DNA of 64,000 bases, from NCBI GenBank assembly GCA_045541275.1, contig JAZQIX010000014.1:32877-96876 (forward strand), written 5' to 3'. The position numbers and the translations under genes are program-made. Positions 46,587-56,977 of the stretch are shown here, piece by piece; position 1 is the stretch's first letter; the number at the start of each line of letters is the position of its first letter. The notes under the pieces are model-generated. The model had not been told where the DNA came from, did not search any database, and was given only the letters and a program-made list of their open reading frames with translations. The DNA comes from Ruminococcus sp. (GTDB lineage Bacteria > Bacillota > Clostridia > Oscillospirales > Acutalibacteraceae).

Positions 46587-47214
46587 TTCGCTTTTCCTTC
46601 TTTCTATTTGGATTTTTTGAAAATTGAATTAAGTTTCTGTGCTTTGTTCTTCTGTGAATATATAGAATATCAGTTAATATAATACAATAATAATCTAAAT
46701 CCACTAGTATTATAATATCACTTTATTCGACAAATAATAGACATTTGGCACTGTTGGTCGATATTTGGCTTTAATTTGTTGCTTTTATCAACAGCACCAC
46801 AGAAACCATGTAATAAAACATAAAGAGATATGGTTAACCACAAAGCTACAATCGAGTTGCTTTTTATTAGTTTTACAATCCTATAGAATCACAACATTAC
46901 CACGGAAAGTTAAGTTATAGTAACAATACGAAGGAATTGCTGTAGTTGATATAAAATACGCTAAGCATGCAGGTCTACCATATGCATCATAACTAAAATC
47001 AAATTTTGTAATCCTCTTATATTCAAAAAACATAAAACCCAACTTGTCTCAACCTTTTGTTTTACCATTCATTTATGACTAGGTAAAAACTCCTTGCCTA
47101 ATTTGGCAAAAACGATACAAAAAAGGTTTGATTCATTAGATTCGCATACAATTCATATTTTCATTCATTCCTTTGTATTACAACATAAAACAATAAAAAT
47201 CCACTGGCTTTGCC

Positions 47215-47450
47215 GTTGGTATTTCAGACGTACCTGAACGGTTTTGTTACAAGCAGCGCCTCAAGGCACATTTATATCCGACACTTGCATTTCCACGCTC
47301 ATCTTAACCATAACGCCCTTGCCTCCCTCTGACGAGGGAGGTGGATTTTGCGAAGCTAAAGACGGAGAGAGATTCATATTTTACTACCCCTCAGTCTTTG
47401 CCTTCGGCAAATCCAGCTACCCTGACAAGGGGAGCCACGAGATGGAATCC
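47215..47450. repeat. GC-rich structured intergenic repeat, copy 2
   Basis: A GC-rich patch in an AT-rich gap. Contains hairpins CCTCCCTC-TGACGA-GGGAGG and TTTGCC-TTC-GGCAAA. Shares TTCGGCAAATCC and flanking context with 1120-1300. The track ORFs over it look spurious. Confidence 0.4.
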
Positions 47451-47567
47451 AAAACTTCGTTGTTTCACTTATTTTTCAAAATTCGTTTGTATTCAACCAT
47501 TAATCTCATATTATCTCTGTTTATCGCTAATTTTTTTGGAACCCCGATACAATCGAGGGTGTTTGAC

Positions 47568-47607
47568 AAAAAATGCTGTGTCACTATTCTGTGACACAGC
47601 ATTTTTG
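47568..47607. terminator. bidirectional terminator downstream of the immunity gene
   Basis: AAAAAATGCTGTGTCAC-TATTCT-GTGACACAGCATTTTT (perfect 12-bp stem flanked by an A-run and a T-run). Confidence 0.65.
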
Positions 47608-47656
47608 AGGGATATATTCACCTATAAAATTAATATCTTTAGGAAAACAAAAAACA

Positions 47657-48622
47657 TCATAGCAAAGATAAAACATGTGTACTGAAGTGACACGGGTCTT
47701 TCCAAACACCATAAGACATATATCTCCCACTTCTTTCGAGACTTATAAACTCTGGCATTCCTTCAAGAATTTTTTTTGAAATTATAAATTTATTATAATA
47801 ATCAATTATCATCACATAAAAATCCAAACTTTCAATATCTTCTACACAACATATTAAACAACCCTTTACTTGATCCACTAATACTACCGTTGTAACTCTT
47901 TCTGTGCTTTTCAACAAAATCTTAACATCCAAAATACTCTCATATTTAAAAAGAGAATCAATGGAATGTATAATTAAGGATTGCTTCACCATAGAAATGT
48001 GCTGATTATTCTTGCTATCTAAAATCAAATCAAAATCTTCAACATAATTATTCGATGGTGCAATTTCATAACGCAAGTCAAACTTTCCTAAATCTTCCTT
48101 CCAGTCATACAAAGCAAAATACTCTGGTTGATAAAATTTATCCATTGACTTAATTCTTTTTTTGCATATCAGAATCGTATCTTTAAAACCATCTTTAATT
48201 CCCATATTATAAGCTCTATAAAAGGATTCTATTTGATATTTATTGTTTATCAAATCAATAACAAGAACTTTTGTCAATTCATTTTTTCGAATAAAAACTT
48301 GACTGCTAACAAGAAATATATAATTACCACTTCTTGAAAACTGAATACTATTAACTTCACGTATACCTTGAGTGCTATATTGAGTTAAGGTTTCATTTTC
48401 GATATCATATATCCATAATGTTCTCTTGTTATCTAATCCAGCTATTTTTTTACCATCCGAAGAGAATTCTAAAAGGTAAGATGATTTAAAATTAGGAACA
48501 ATAACCCCTTCATTGATATGGACAGAGTCTGATAAAACCAACTCACACTTCCGCGTCAAAAAAGCTACCTTTTGAGTTTTAGGGGAAAACAAAATTCTTC
48601 TTACATTATTATACAAACACAT
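47657..48622 (-). CDS. putative RHS-toxin immunity protein (beta-propeller-like repeats)
   Basis: Starts 15 nt after the RHS stop, with an AAGGTGA RBS. Repeated FSSDGKKIA / FSRSGNYIF-type strands. The immunity role is inferred from position only. Confidence 0.5.
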   Translation of the reverse strand: MCLYNNVRRILFSPKTQKVAFLTRKCELVLSDSVHINEGVIVPNFKSSYLLEFSSDGKKIAGLDNKRTLWIYDIENETLTQYSTQGIREVNSIQFSRSGNYIFLVSSQVFIRKNELTKVLVIDLINNKYQIESFYRAYNMGIKDGFKDTILICKKRIKSMDKFYQPEYFALYDWKEDLGKFDLRYEIAPSNNYVEDFDLILDSKNNQHISMVKQSLIIHSIDSLFKYESILDVKILLKSTERVTTVVLVDQVKGCLICCVEDIESLDFYVMIIDYYNKFIISKKILEGMPEFISLERSGRYMSYGVWKDPCHFSTHVLSLL

Positions 48623-48637
48623 ACAATCACCTTAGAA

Positions 48638-51600
48638 TCAATACGGAGATAATGAATTCAGTTGTTGTAATATAGAACGCATTATTCCCAAAGCCATAAC
48701 CACACCATACTTTTTCTCTGTTTTACTTTGACCACTATAGCAACAGATACTAAAAACACCATACAGAACATTATAGTACACATGAGAATTCAGTTTTCTG
48801 TGTATTCCTGTTTTTAGGATTATTATATTCATAGAATTATTAATAGAATATCCTGCGTTTATATAAATCTTTCTAACTTCCTGCGCTTTTGTGCTCCAAC
48901 TAATATTAGACCGAGGTACGATATGATGATACTCATACGGCTTTAGAGAATGATACTTCGCCACCGCATTTGTAAGCTCGAACAACAGTAATATAGTTCT
49001 TCTCAACCCGTTAAGTTCTGTATTTATAGCATTCTTTATTGCTGAGACAATAGTTTTTGAATATCGCTTACCAAACACATAAACAACATATGCTACTGCC
49101 ACAGTTATAATCGTAGCCAACACAGCTTTGAGAACACACAACAATGTAGCCTCTGCATAATAATTGCCGCAAAGATCAATATTGTTAACAGGATTATTAC
49201 CACAATACGAAAATAAATTATAGTCTACTATTTTTCCATTTGCTCCTAAAAAAGCTGTATCATCAGGATTAATAAATCTGCCAATCTCAGGATCATAATA
49301 ACGACTTCGGAGATAATAGAAACCTGTTTCATCATCGTATACATAGCCACGATAACGGAACGGATTGAGAAGTGCTATTGAAGTCTCAGATGTTATCTCT
49401 GCACCTGTGGAGTTTGTGATACTTAGGAGCTTGCCGTATGCATCATACTCATAGTTTGCAATTACTGTACCATGGTCAGACACTATCTTTACTATATCAC
49501 CCTGAAGATTCTTAACATAGTAATATCTTGTTGCAACATAGTTAGTATAGTGAGCTACTGACTCAGGCTGACCCTCAGTATCGTAATAGAACACAAGCTG
49601 AGTATCTCCGCGTTTGAGAGAAGTTAGATTATTGTTACCATCATAGAAATACTGAGTAACAGTTCCATCACTATTCTTCTCGGTACGCATACCATTGGCA
49701 TCATAGGTATAGCTTATTGTCTTATTATCCTTTGTCAGGGTTGCAAGCTCACGGCCGTTCTGCCAAGTCATTGTGATGTCATCACGATAGGTTAAGGGAT
49801 TACCCACTGTATCATAGGTAATAGCTTCACCGTTATACTCGGTTAGCAAGTCTTTCCACTCGGAATCGCCATAAGTATAAGATATATCACTTGCAACAGT
49901 TGTCGGATATCCGTAAGTTGGATGAAGATTTTGCACTAATTCCCTGACAATGTTTCCGCCATCATCATACGCATAGGTGGTATATGTGTTATTCACATAG
50001 TTGTTAACGTTTTTGAGCTGGTTTAAGCTATCATAAGTGTAAACATACTTGGTAACTCCGTTTTGGTATTCTCTTCTTATGTTACCGTTTGCATCGTACT
50101 CATAGGAGTAAGTTATAATATCCTTGCTACCACGCTTAACAGATATGCTGTCTACAAGTTCGGTTGTCGCATTATCATCGCTACCTGCCACATAGGTATA
50201 ATCAGTAGTAAATGCAGTAAGATTATTGGGAGAAGTCGACTTGTTTGTGATTCTGCCAAGAGAATCAAGCGCAACTGTAGTATTCCAACCGTCATTGTCA
50301 ACGTAAGAGTTATCGTCCTCATCTACTCCCTGTGTAACCACACGGGTAACATTACCTACAGAGGATACTGTAATCTGATTGCCGTCTGCATCTGTGGAGT
50401 CATTGGAATATGCCACCACACTGCCGTCACTCTGATATGTAGTTGTACCAAGTGCTAAGCCGCTTACATTATACCAATAGTCAGTTATTCTGCCGCTTGC
50501 ATTATCAATTATACGAGCGACATTGCCCTTCTTATTATACACATACTCGGCTAAAACATCTTCTTCGTTGCTGATTCGGATGATATTACCCAAATCGTCA
50601 TAGGTATAGTTAATCACATCACCATTACCGAATGTGGATGCTACAAGGCTGTAGTTATCATTTCCGTATGTGTTAGTAACGAGGGTACGGCTACCAATAG
50701 AGGTAGCTGTGCTATTACCGTAACTGTCATATGCAAAACTATAATTAAAGCCATTGTGGCTAATAGCAGTAAGATTACCTGTATCAGCATAGGTAAAGGT
50801 GTTGGTCACATCACCGCTGGTTTCAGACAGAACATTGCCAAAGGCATCGTAGGTATAAGAGGTCACGTTGCCCTTTGCATCTGTCACACTGTTAACTCTG
50901 CCGTTGTTTGCATCTACTGAGTATGTAACAGTATTACCGCGAGAATCAGTCTCAGAAGTTACATAATTTCCTGTAGAATCATAAACAGTACTTGTTGTAA
51001 TGTGAGTTTTTGAAGAATCAATGGTATCCTCACCATCAGTTGAAGGGATAACTGTACCCTGTGAGGAAGTCAGAACATTGCCATAACTATCATATGTGTA
51101 TGCATAGCCGTCATAAGGCTCTGTGCTGACAGTTTCCTCTGTTGTTTCTGTTGATTCTTCCGTTTCTTCTTCAGACTCTTCGACAGTATACATATTATCC
51201 TCAAAGTTGAGCATACAGTCATAAGCAGTCATTATACCAACATTATAATCGTAGACAAAGGAGAATGCAACTGTGGAAATCACAACATTACTCTTTTCAG
51301 GAGTAACAAACAGATTTACAGATTGCTTTACGGTTGTTGCCGCATTGAAGTTCTGCAGATGTTCCTCAGTGGTACCATCAGCATAATTGATAGTAAGTTT
51401 TATACCGAATGCTCTTTCATCATTATTCAGAGGCACAGAGGTTGCACTTGCAGTACCTGTGATATTAAAGGATACATTTGCTTTATTAATGCTTACAGTC
51501 TGAGTTCTAGTTCTAGTAACTTCTGTATTACCACTTAAATATCTTGATCCGTTCCAACTTCCGCTACCAGAAAAGTCACTGTTGTTAAGAATGTTAAAAT

Positions 51601-54600
51601 CATTCATACAGCTTGCAGACTCACACTGTAAACAGTCAAACCAAGCTGTACCTGTTGCATTCTGAATACCAACGCACACCTTAACAGTAGCGGTTGTATC
51701 GGGAACATTAACGGTAACACTGAACCTCTGCCAGTTATTTGTACCGAGAATAGTATAGCTCTCTTCTTCCTCAACAACTGCACCGCTTGCATCAAGACAC
51801 TGAATCTTTAAGAACGCTCCTGATTTACATTCGCTGAGAGGCGGTGTGAGTTCACTCGTCTTTACATATGAGGAGAAGGTTACATCCCCACCTGCAAGCT
51901 CAGTTGCAGAAATACTCTGAGTTGCCATAGTAATCTGAGAGTTATCTGTATTATTAATCTTAATAGATCTACTACCCAGATGTTGAACTTTCTCTCCGTT
52001 CACTTCTTCTGTTGAAGTATCGTAGGTGAAAGTTCCTGTTGATTCTGTATCGCTGTACTCAGCAACATATCCGCTTGCACTTGTTAAGTAAGAATTAGTA
52101 ATATAATTCTTCGTATAAGAATCTGAGCCCGTTGACAGATAATACCCCTCTGATCCACCAGTATTCTCCAGGTGGCCATCCGCATTGAGAACAGAAACAG
52201 TTCTTCCGTAGTTATCGAAAGTGTAAGTTTCACTTCTTCCCTGCTTGTCTTCTATCTTAGTAGTGTTATCGGTATTATAGTTCATCTGCAACCAGTTTCC
52301 GGATATCTGGTCTGTTATTTTACTAACAGTTCTATCGCTATTATAGGAATAAACCACCTTTGTACCGCAAGTGGACTGAACTGTGTTGATTTGCTTGGTT
52401 GTAACATCATAATAGAATGTAACTGTTTCTCTATCACTGTACTCAATCTTAGAAATCCAATTTTGAGTTTCTGAGCTTGTCCCATATGTAAAGGAAACAG
52501 TTGAACTGTCAGGAGAAGTAATCTTGCTTACCCTTAACTCACCTGTTACAGAATTTGTAGAATATGAGATTATATATTCTCTTCCCGCTCCGTCAGTAAT
52601 CTTAGTAAGGTTTCCGTCTGTGTATGTGTATGTGATTGTGTTGTTGTAATCGTCTACTTCCGATAATATCTTACCACCATTTGCAGGAAGTTCAAAATAT
52701 GCTTTAGTACCAGTTCCCGCATCAAGAATTATGTTTGTTGAAGTCTTTGTAATTGTGTAGCCGAATTCATTTTCATCGGTCCAACTTTCAACATAATCTT
52801 CTGCAGTTGCTTCTTCCTCAGTAACTTCAACCTTTGTAAAATAGTGGTTTGTTCCATCCTCATCAGTGTAGATATAATCGTAACCAAGCGCCTGCAATTC
52901 TTCGCTTGGCACACTTATATATCGATTAAACGACATCTGCCACCCGCAACCTGTAGGCGATCCGTTGCTGAAAAGTTCATCGAATAGTACGCTGTTGTAT
53001 GTGGCAGAAATTGACACAGGCATTCTGGAGCCGCTTTCCTGAACAAGTTCCTGTCGAAGCACTAATGTACCTAAAGCATCAGATACATAACCTGTTCCGT
53101 AGAGTCCTGTACCATGAGTACGGTAAGTTAAATCAGTCTCTGTTCCAACATAGTTCTTATATGTAATTGTAAACATAGGCTTGCAATCGGAGTAGTAACA
53201 AGCATGGCCGCCAAGCTCAATGCCAGCTAAATCATCTGTACTCAACATCACACCATAGTTTGAAGAAGGATCATTGTACCAATCCTTCATCAACTTTGTA
53301 ATATCAAAGGTTATAGCATCCAAACTATCTGCAGTTACTTTGGCATAATCAACAACAGTACTATCAAATGTAACATTATTGTATGTGGCAGTTGCAGTGG
53401 TCCAGTCTGATGTAACCTTATATGCTTTCAACTGCATAGCAAGTGAAGGCTGTGACATAGGATATACATTCAAGGAAGCGTTTACAATATAGTCACCATT
53501 ACTAAGTTCTGTCAGCTCATTTAGCTTAAACAATCCATTATTAACATTGCTATCAGTTTTAGACACATAGGCATTTGTGTGCTGGTTCATAATTTTATTG
53601 GGGTTAGCTGAACTGATATATGCACTAGATGTTTCAGTATAGCTTTCTCCATATTCAACACTAGGGTCAATGGTTACAGGATATACTCGTGATTTATCCT
53701 TAAGCCAATCCTTGTCAGCTGTGAGTTTTACAGACAACTTCCCCTTGTTATTCTGGAGAATTTTAAGCTCTACAGCTTCGCTCATCTCACCCTCTGCATC
53801 CACCATATATGGCGCAGAAATAGTGTATACAACTACTCCGTCAGCATCTTTGAGTTCAATTGTATGACTGTCTACACTTTCAGTTACAAGATCACCAATA
53901 TTGTATTCTATTTTGAAAACATTCTTTGTGTTGGAGGATTTGAGAATCAGATTCTCCTTAACTCCTACTGTTGAGTTAATAACCTCTAAGTCCACATTGT
54001 TGTATATATTTTCATACAATACTGTACTACTTAGATTTGGAAGGACCATAAAAGCATCGTTTCCAACAAGTTCTTCTGAGTTACTTTTCTGTTCCTGAGC
54101 TTCAACAATGTTTGCTCCCGAATATCCCCAGGAGATAGTATGGTTATCCCTTGTAATTTCTATAAGTTTCGCCTTGCCTGACTTCTTAAAATGAGAAACC
54201 TTTGAGTTACTCTTTTTGTTCGTAAAAGTATCCTCTGTTTCTTCAATAGTTCTGAGGCTATATGCGGAAACTTCGTCTGCAGTTACTTCATCCTCTGTTG
54301 CTTCTGAAATTGTCACCTGTGATGAAACCAGTGAATTATCAAAATCAACATATTCTCCGTTTGCATCTTTATAATGCACAGGCACAGCATACTGAGCGGC
54401 GATGGTTGTGCCTGCATCAGTAATGAAGTGCTTTGTATATTCATCACGTTTTGATGTATCTTCGCCAATAATATTTCCTTCGGATGTTGCATCTTCTTGC
54501 TGTATTGATTCTGAATCAGCTAAACCTTCAACCTCATCAGGGGTTGCTGTAGCAGCTACCTGTACAGGCAGAGTAAACGATATCAATACAACTAAAATAA

Positions 54601-54640
54601 TTGACAAAACAGATATCGTAATTTTTCTGAATTTACTCAT
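48638..54640 (-). CDS. RHS/YD-repeat polymorphic toxin with DNRLRE-like N-terminal domain and C-terminal TM + AHH/HNH-like nuclease tip
   Basis: Signal peptide (MSKFRKITISVLSIILVVLISFTLPVQVAA), many YxYDxxGN YD repeats, RHS core PFRYRGYVYDDETGFYYLRSRYYDPEIGRFINPDD and boundary NNPVNNIDLCG. The 175-aa tip has a hydrophobic helix and YEYHHIVPRS...NIIILKTGIHRKLNSH. Start trimmed to the ATG at 54640 (AAAGGAGAA RBS). Confidence 0.9.
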   Translation of the reverse strand: MSKFRKITISVLSIILVVLISFTLPVQVAATATPDEVEGLADSESIQQEDATSEGNIIGEDTSKRDEYTKHFITDAGTTIAAQYAVPVHYKDANGEYVDFDNSLVSSQVTISEATEDEVTADEVSAYSLRTIEETEDTFTNKKSNSKVSHFKKSGKAKLIEITRDNHTISWGYSGANIVEAQEQKSNSEELVGNDAFMVLPNLSSTVLYENIYNNVDLEVINSTVGVKENLILKSSNTKNVFKIEYNIGDLVTESVDSHTIELKDADGVVVYTISAPYMVDAEGEMSEAVELKILQNNKGKLSVKLTADKDWLKDKSRVYPVTIDPSVEYGESYTETSSAYISSANPNKIMNQHTNAYVSKTDSNVNNGLFKLNELTELSNGDYIVNASLNVYPMSQPSLAMQLKAYKVTSDWTTATATYNNVTFDSTVVDYAKVTADSLDAITFDITKLMKDWYNDPSSNYGVMLSTDDLAGIELGGHACYYSDCKPMFTITYKNYVGTETDLTYRTHGTGLYGTGYVSDALGTLVLRQELVQESGSRMPVSISATYNSVLFDELFSNGSPTGCGWQMSFNRYISVPSEELQALGYDYIYTDEDGTNHYFTKVEVTEEEATAEDYVESWTDENEFGYTITKTSTNIILDAGTGTKAYFELPANGGKILSEVDDYNNTITYTYTDGNLTKITDGAGREYIISYSTNSVTGELRVSKITSPDSSTVSFTYGTSSETQNWISKIEYSDRETVTFYYDVTTKQINTVQSTCGTKVVYSYNSDRTVSKITDQISGNWLQMNYNTDNTTKIEDKQGRSETYTFDNYGRTVSVLNADGHLENTGGSEGYYLSTGSDSYTKNYITNSYLTSASGYVAEYSDTESTGTFTYDTSTEEVNGEKVQHLGSRSIKINNTDNSQITMATQSISATELAGGDVTFSSYVKTSELTPPLSECKSGAFLKIQCLDASGAVVEEEESYTILGTNNWQRFSVTVNVPDTTATVKVCVGIQNATGTAWFDCLQCESASCMNDFNILNNSDFSGSGSWNGSRYLSGNTEVTRTRTQTVSINKANVSFNITGTASATSVPLNNDERAFGIKLTINYADGTTEEHLQNFNAATTVKQSVNLFVTPEKSNVVISTVAFSFVYDYNVGIMTAYDCMLNFEDNMYTVEESEEETEESTETTEETVSTEPYDGYAYTYDSYGNVLTSSQGTVIPSTDGEDTIDSSKTHITTSTVYDSTGNYVTSETDSRGNTVTYSVDANNGRVNSVTDAKGNVTSYTYDAFGNVLSETSGDVTNTFTYADTGNLTAISHNGFNYSFAYDSYGNSTATSIGSRTLVTNTYGNDNYSLVASTFGNGDVINYTYDDLGNIIRISNEEDVLAEYVYNKKGNVARIIDNASGRITDYWYNVSGLALGTTTYQSDGSVVAYSNDSTDADGNQITVSSVGNVTRVVTQGVDEDDNSYVDNDGWNTTVALDSLGRITNKSTSPNNLTAFTTDYTYVAGSDDNATTELVDSISVKRGSKDIITYSYEYDANGNIRREYQNGVTKYVYTYDSLNQLKNVNNYVNNTYTTYAYDDGGNIVRELVQNLHPTYGYPTTVASDISYTYGDSEWKDLLTEYNGEAITYDTVGNPLTYRDDITMTWQNGRELATLTKDNKTISYTYDANGMRTEKNSDGTVTQYFYDGNNNLTSLKRGDTQLVFYYDTEGQPESVAHYTNYVATRYYYVKNLQGDIVKIVSDHGTVIANYEYDAYGKLLSITNSTGAEITSETSIALLNPFRYRGYVYDDETGFYYLRSRYYDPEIGRFINPDDTAFLGANGKIVDYNLFSYCGNNPVNNIDLCGNYYAEATLLCVLKAVLATIITVAVAYVVYVFGKRYSKTIVSAIKNAINTELNGLRRTILLLFELTNAVAKYHSLKPYEYHHIVPRSNISWSTKAQEVRKIYINAGYSINNSMNIIILKTGIHRKLNSHVYYNVLYGVFSICCYSGQSKTEKKYGVVMALGIMRSILQQLNSLSPY

Positions 54641-54820
54641 TACAATTCTCCTTTCGACATACAAAATAAAAAGCGAGACATAACTATGCTCAGCACAGTT
54701 GCCCGCTTCTCTTTGGACAACTGCTGTCGTCCATAAATAGAAATTATGCTTTTTTGGGGGTGCTCCTGCCTTGGCGAGAAAATCGTAGAGAAATATACCA
54801 AGGCAGGATTATTAACAATC

Positions 54821-54961
54821 TTATTTGCGTAAAAGCTTTTTTAGATTGTTAGGCTCTTTTGGCTGATGGATTCCCCACCAAGATGCACTACCACAAGCGC
54901 TCTTTGCTGCCATTTTTGCAATCTTTGCAACAACATCAGCAGTTGTCTTTTTAAGTTTCAT
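54821..54961 (-). CDS. agrD: AgrD-like cyclic autoinducing-peptide precursor (46 aa; below ORF-track cutoff)
   Basis: Hand translation gives MKLKKTTADVVAKIAKMAAKSACGSASWWGIHQPKEPNNLKKLLRK. It has an amphipathic leader, a central Cys and an HQPKEP...KKL tail. The ATG is 2 nt after the agrB stop, with an AAAGGAGAA RBS. Confidence 0.7.
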   Translation of the reverse strand: MKLKKTTADVVAKIAKMAAKSACGSASWWGIHQPKEPNNLKKLLRK

Positions 54962-54963
54962 AA

Positions 54964-55545
54964 TCATTTCTCCTTTCTCAGTTTATTTTTTATTAGTCCG
55001 AAAACCATATAGATACTTGAAATAAAGTCCGTAACAATTATTATTTCTAATCTAAACCATCTGTTACACAACAACACAATTGCAATATGTATGATTAAAA
55101 TCCCCAAAGAAACATATCGAAACTTCAACCTATCTTTTTGCTCTATCTCTTTATTGGGATGACTCACAGGAGAGAATACTGCCGTAATAATAAAAGATAT
55201 TATTATCATCATCCCTAAAATCACATTGCAAGATGTAGTGTGAATAATTATATCTTTAAAAATAACTGCAACAATGAATGTAATTACAGTAGTAACATTA
55301 CACGCAACATAGGAATCACAGTGCAGTCCACCTGTAAACTGACGAAGTATTATAAAAGCCAGTAAAAACAGCACTCCACTCTCAAACACACCTAAAATAC
55401 AACTTGTCACTAAAACAAGAACTGCCCCTATAAGCGACGAGAGAAAAACTTTTACTCCATACACATAAACAGGTAGCATTTCATCTTCGAAGCATTTTTG
55501 ACGCAATAAAAAATCTGCTATACGCTCAGGCAAAGAATTAAGCAT
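54964..55545 (-). CDS. agrB: AgrB-family peptide-processing membrane protease
   Basis: 193 aa, polytopic. RQFTGGLHCDSYVAC matches the AgrB catalytic His/Cys region. Confidence 0.8.
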   Translation of the reverse strand: MLNSLPERIADFLLRQKCFEDEMLPVYVYGVKVFLSSLIGAVLVLVTSCILGVFESGVLFLLAFIILRQFTGGLHCDSYVACNVTTVITFIVAVIFKDIIIHTTSCNVILGMMIIISFIITAVFSPVSHPNKEIEQKDRLKFRYVSLGILIIHIAIVLLCNRWFRLEIIIVTDFISSIYMVFGLIKNKLRKEK

Positions 55546-55609
55546 ATCATCATACCCTTGTTTATCTTTGTCTTTAATATAGCAGATTTAAATATTATTT
55601 TGTTCAAAT

Positions 55610-55644
55610 TGGCGTACTTTGTAGTTTTTTGGACGCGGTTGGTA
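55610..55644 (-). promoter_or_regulatory. candidate LytTR-type box upstream of agrBD
   Basis: Minus strand reads TACCAACCGCGTCCA-A6-CTACAAAGTACGCCA in the histidine kinase-agrB intergenic region. Shares GTTGGTAAATT, TTGGC.TA and GTAG blocks with 45164-45207. Confidence 0.4.
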
Positions 55645-55651
55645 AATTAAT

Positions 55652-56977
55652 TTATCTTTTTCCTCTTTCAAGCATAATGCTAACATCGAAAATGTTATCA
55701 TTCTCAGAAAAAGATAAGTTTCCATTGTACTTTTTCACGATTTGCTTGACAATTTTAAGTCCATGCCCATGAAATCTTTTATCAGATTTTGTAGTTTCAA
55801 GTTCGGGATTTCTATAAATCACCGAACCTGATATACTATTCTTTACAGAAAACATATAATAATTATCTTTTTCAAATATGGTAATCTGTAAAAACCTATC
55901 TGACTTTAATTTATGCAAGGCATCAAATGCATTATCTATAAGGTTTCCCAGTAAGGAAATCAGGTCAGACTCATCTATATCTACAAGATTAGTCTTAATC
56001 GTATAACTAAATGCCACCTGATTATCAATACTCTTTTTATATGCCATATTAAGCAGTGCATTCAAATAAATGTTGTCTGTACTGAATATAGCCGGTACAT
56101 CACTTAGTTCACTCTCTACATCTTCACACATTTTCTGAGCTTCCTTTATACGACCTGATCGTAGGAGTTCCCTTATGCAAAACAGTTTATTCTTCATCTC
56201 ATGCTTTACACGCGATATATCCTCAATATAATTGCTTTGATTTACTATCTCTGTTTTATAAAGTTCCTGCTCCTTTACCATCATAGAATTAATTGCACTG
56301 ATCTCTGCCGATTTACCGATATGGTGCATTAAAGAAAACATCGCGAACGCTATAACAATTGCAATTATTACAATACACCCCAAATAAATCCTATTAAGTT
56401 CTGATGTTTTGTAGTCAGATAGCACCGCTGTTGCTAAAAATGTAATTGTCATTGTAAGCACAGGAATAACAAAACATGTAACTATATCTGTTGACTTTTT
56501 AAGATTTATCTTATTCTTATAAATCCGAACAATAAGATATAGAATGAAAAAATATGTCAGATTTGCAATTATCACATATATGTATCTATAAACTGTACTT
56601 TCTGTTACAACCTGTTCAACATTTTTATTAAACACAACAGACACAAAAGTAGTATAAATCATTGCTACGCACATCAATAATAAAAATGAAAGTATCGGCA
56701 AGAATATTTTCATATACACATTACCTTTGTGACACACAATAGAAAAGGGAATCATTATCAATAAATTGGCAACTATCTCAATATCAGCAATAAAGGAGAA
56801 GCAAGAATTAATTACCGTAATCGTTATAAACAACAACAAAACCACAGATGCGCAAATCATCAAATTTATAGACTTCTTAAATTTAGGAGTAAAAAACGAA
56901 TTACAAAACAACACAAAAGCAATCCCCTGAAACAAATTAATACTAAGATTAAATATTATATCAAAAGTTTCACTCAT
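55652..56977 (-). CDS. AgrC-like membrane sensor histidine kinase (GHKL)
   Basis: About 6 N-terminal TM helices, H-box SRVKHEMKNKL, and GNLIDNAFDA and HGHGLKIVKQIV ATP-lid motifs. Confidence 0.8.
   Translation of the reverse strand: MSETFDIIFNLSINLFQGIAFVLFCNSFFTPKFKKSINLMICASVVLLLFITITVINSCFSFIADIEIVANLLIMIPFSIVCHKGNVYMKIFLPILSFLLLMCVAMIYTTFVSVVFNKNVEQVVTESTVYRYIYVIIANLTYFFILYLIVRIYKNKINLKKSTDIVTCFVIPVLTMTITFLATAVLSDYKTSELNRIYLGCIVIIAIVIAFAMFSLMHHIGKSAEISAINSMMVKEQELYKTEIVNQSNYIEDISRVKHEMKNKLFCIRELLRSGRIKEAQKMCEDVESELSDVPAIFSTDNIYLNALLNMAYKKSIDNQVAFSYTIKTNLVDIDESDLISLLGNLIDNAFDALHKLKSDRFLQITIFEKDNYYMFSVKNSISGSVIYRNPELETTKSDKRFHGHGLKIVKQIVKKYNGNLSFSENDNIFDVSIMLERGKR

Noticed and set aside
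47244-47685. Track ORFs 47244-47594 and 47341-47685 (for example ...PLPPSDEGGGFCEAKDGER...).
   Set aside because: They overlap each other, span a GC-rich hairpin repeat and a terminator, have no RBS, and run antisense into the end of the immunity gene. They are treated as repeat artefacts.
54690-54730. CAGTTG ... CAACTG inverted half-sites upstream of the RHS gene, considered as possible AgrA/LytTR boxes.
   Set aside because: The orientation is inverted rather than direct. The match to LytTR consensus and to the 45168/55610 boxes is poor. A small hairpin is the more likely explanation.
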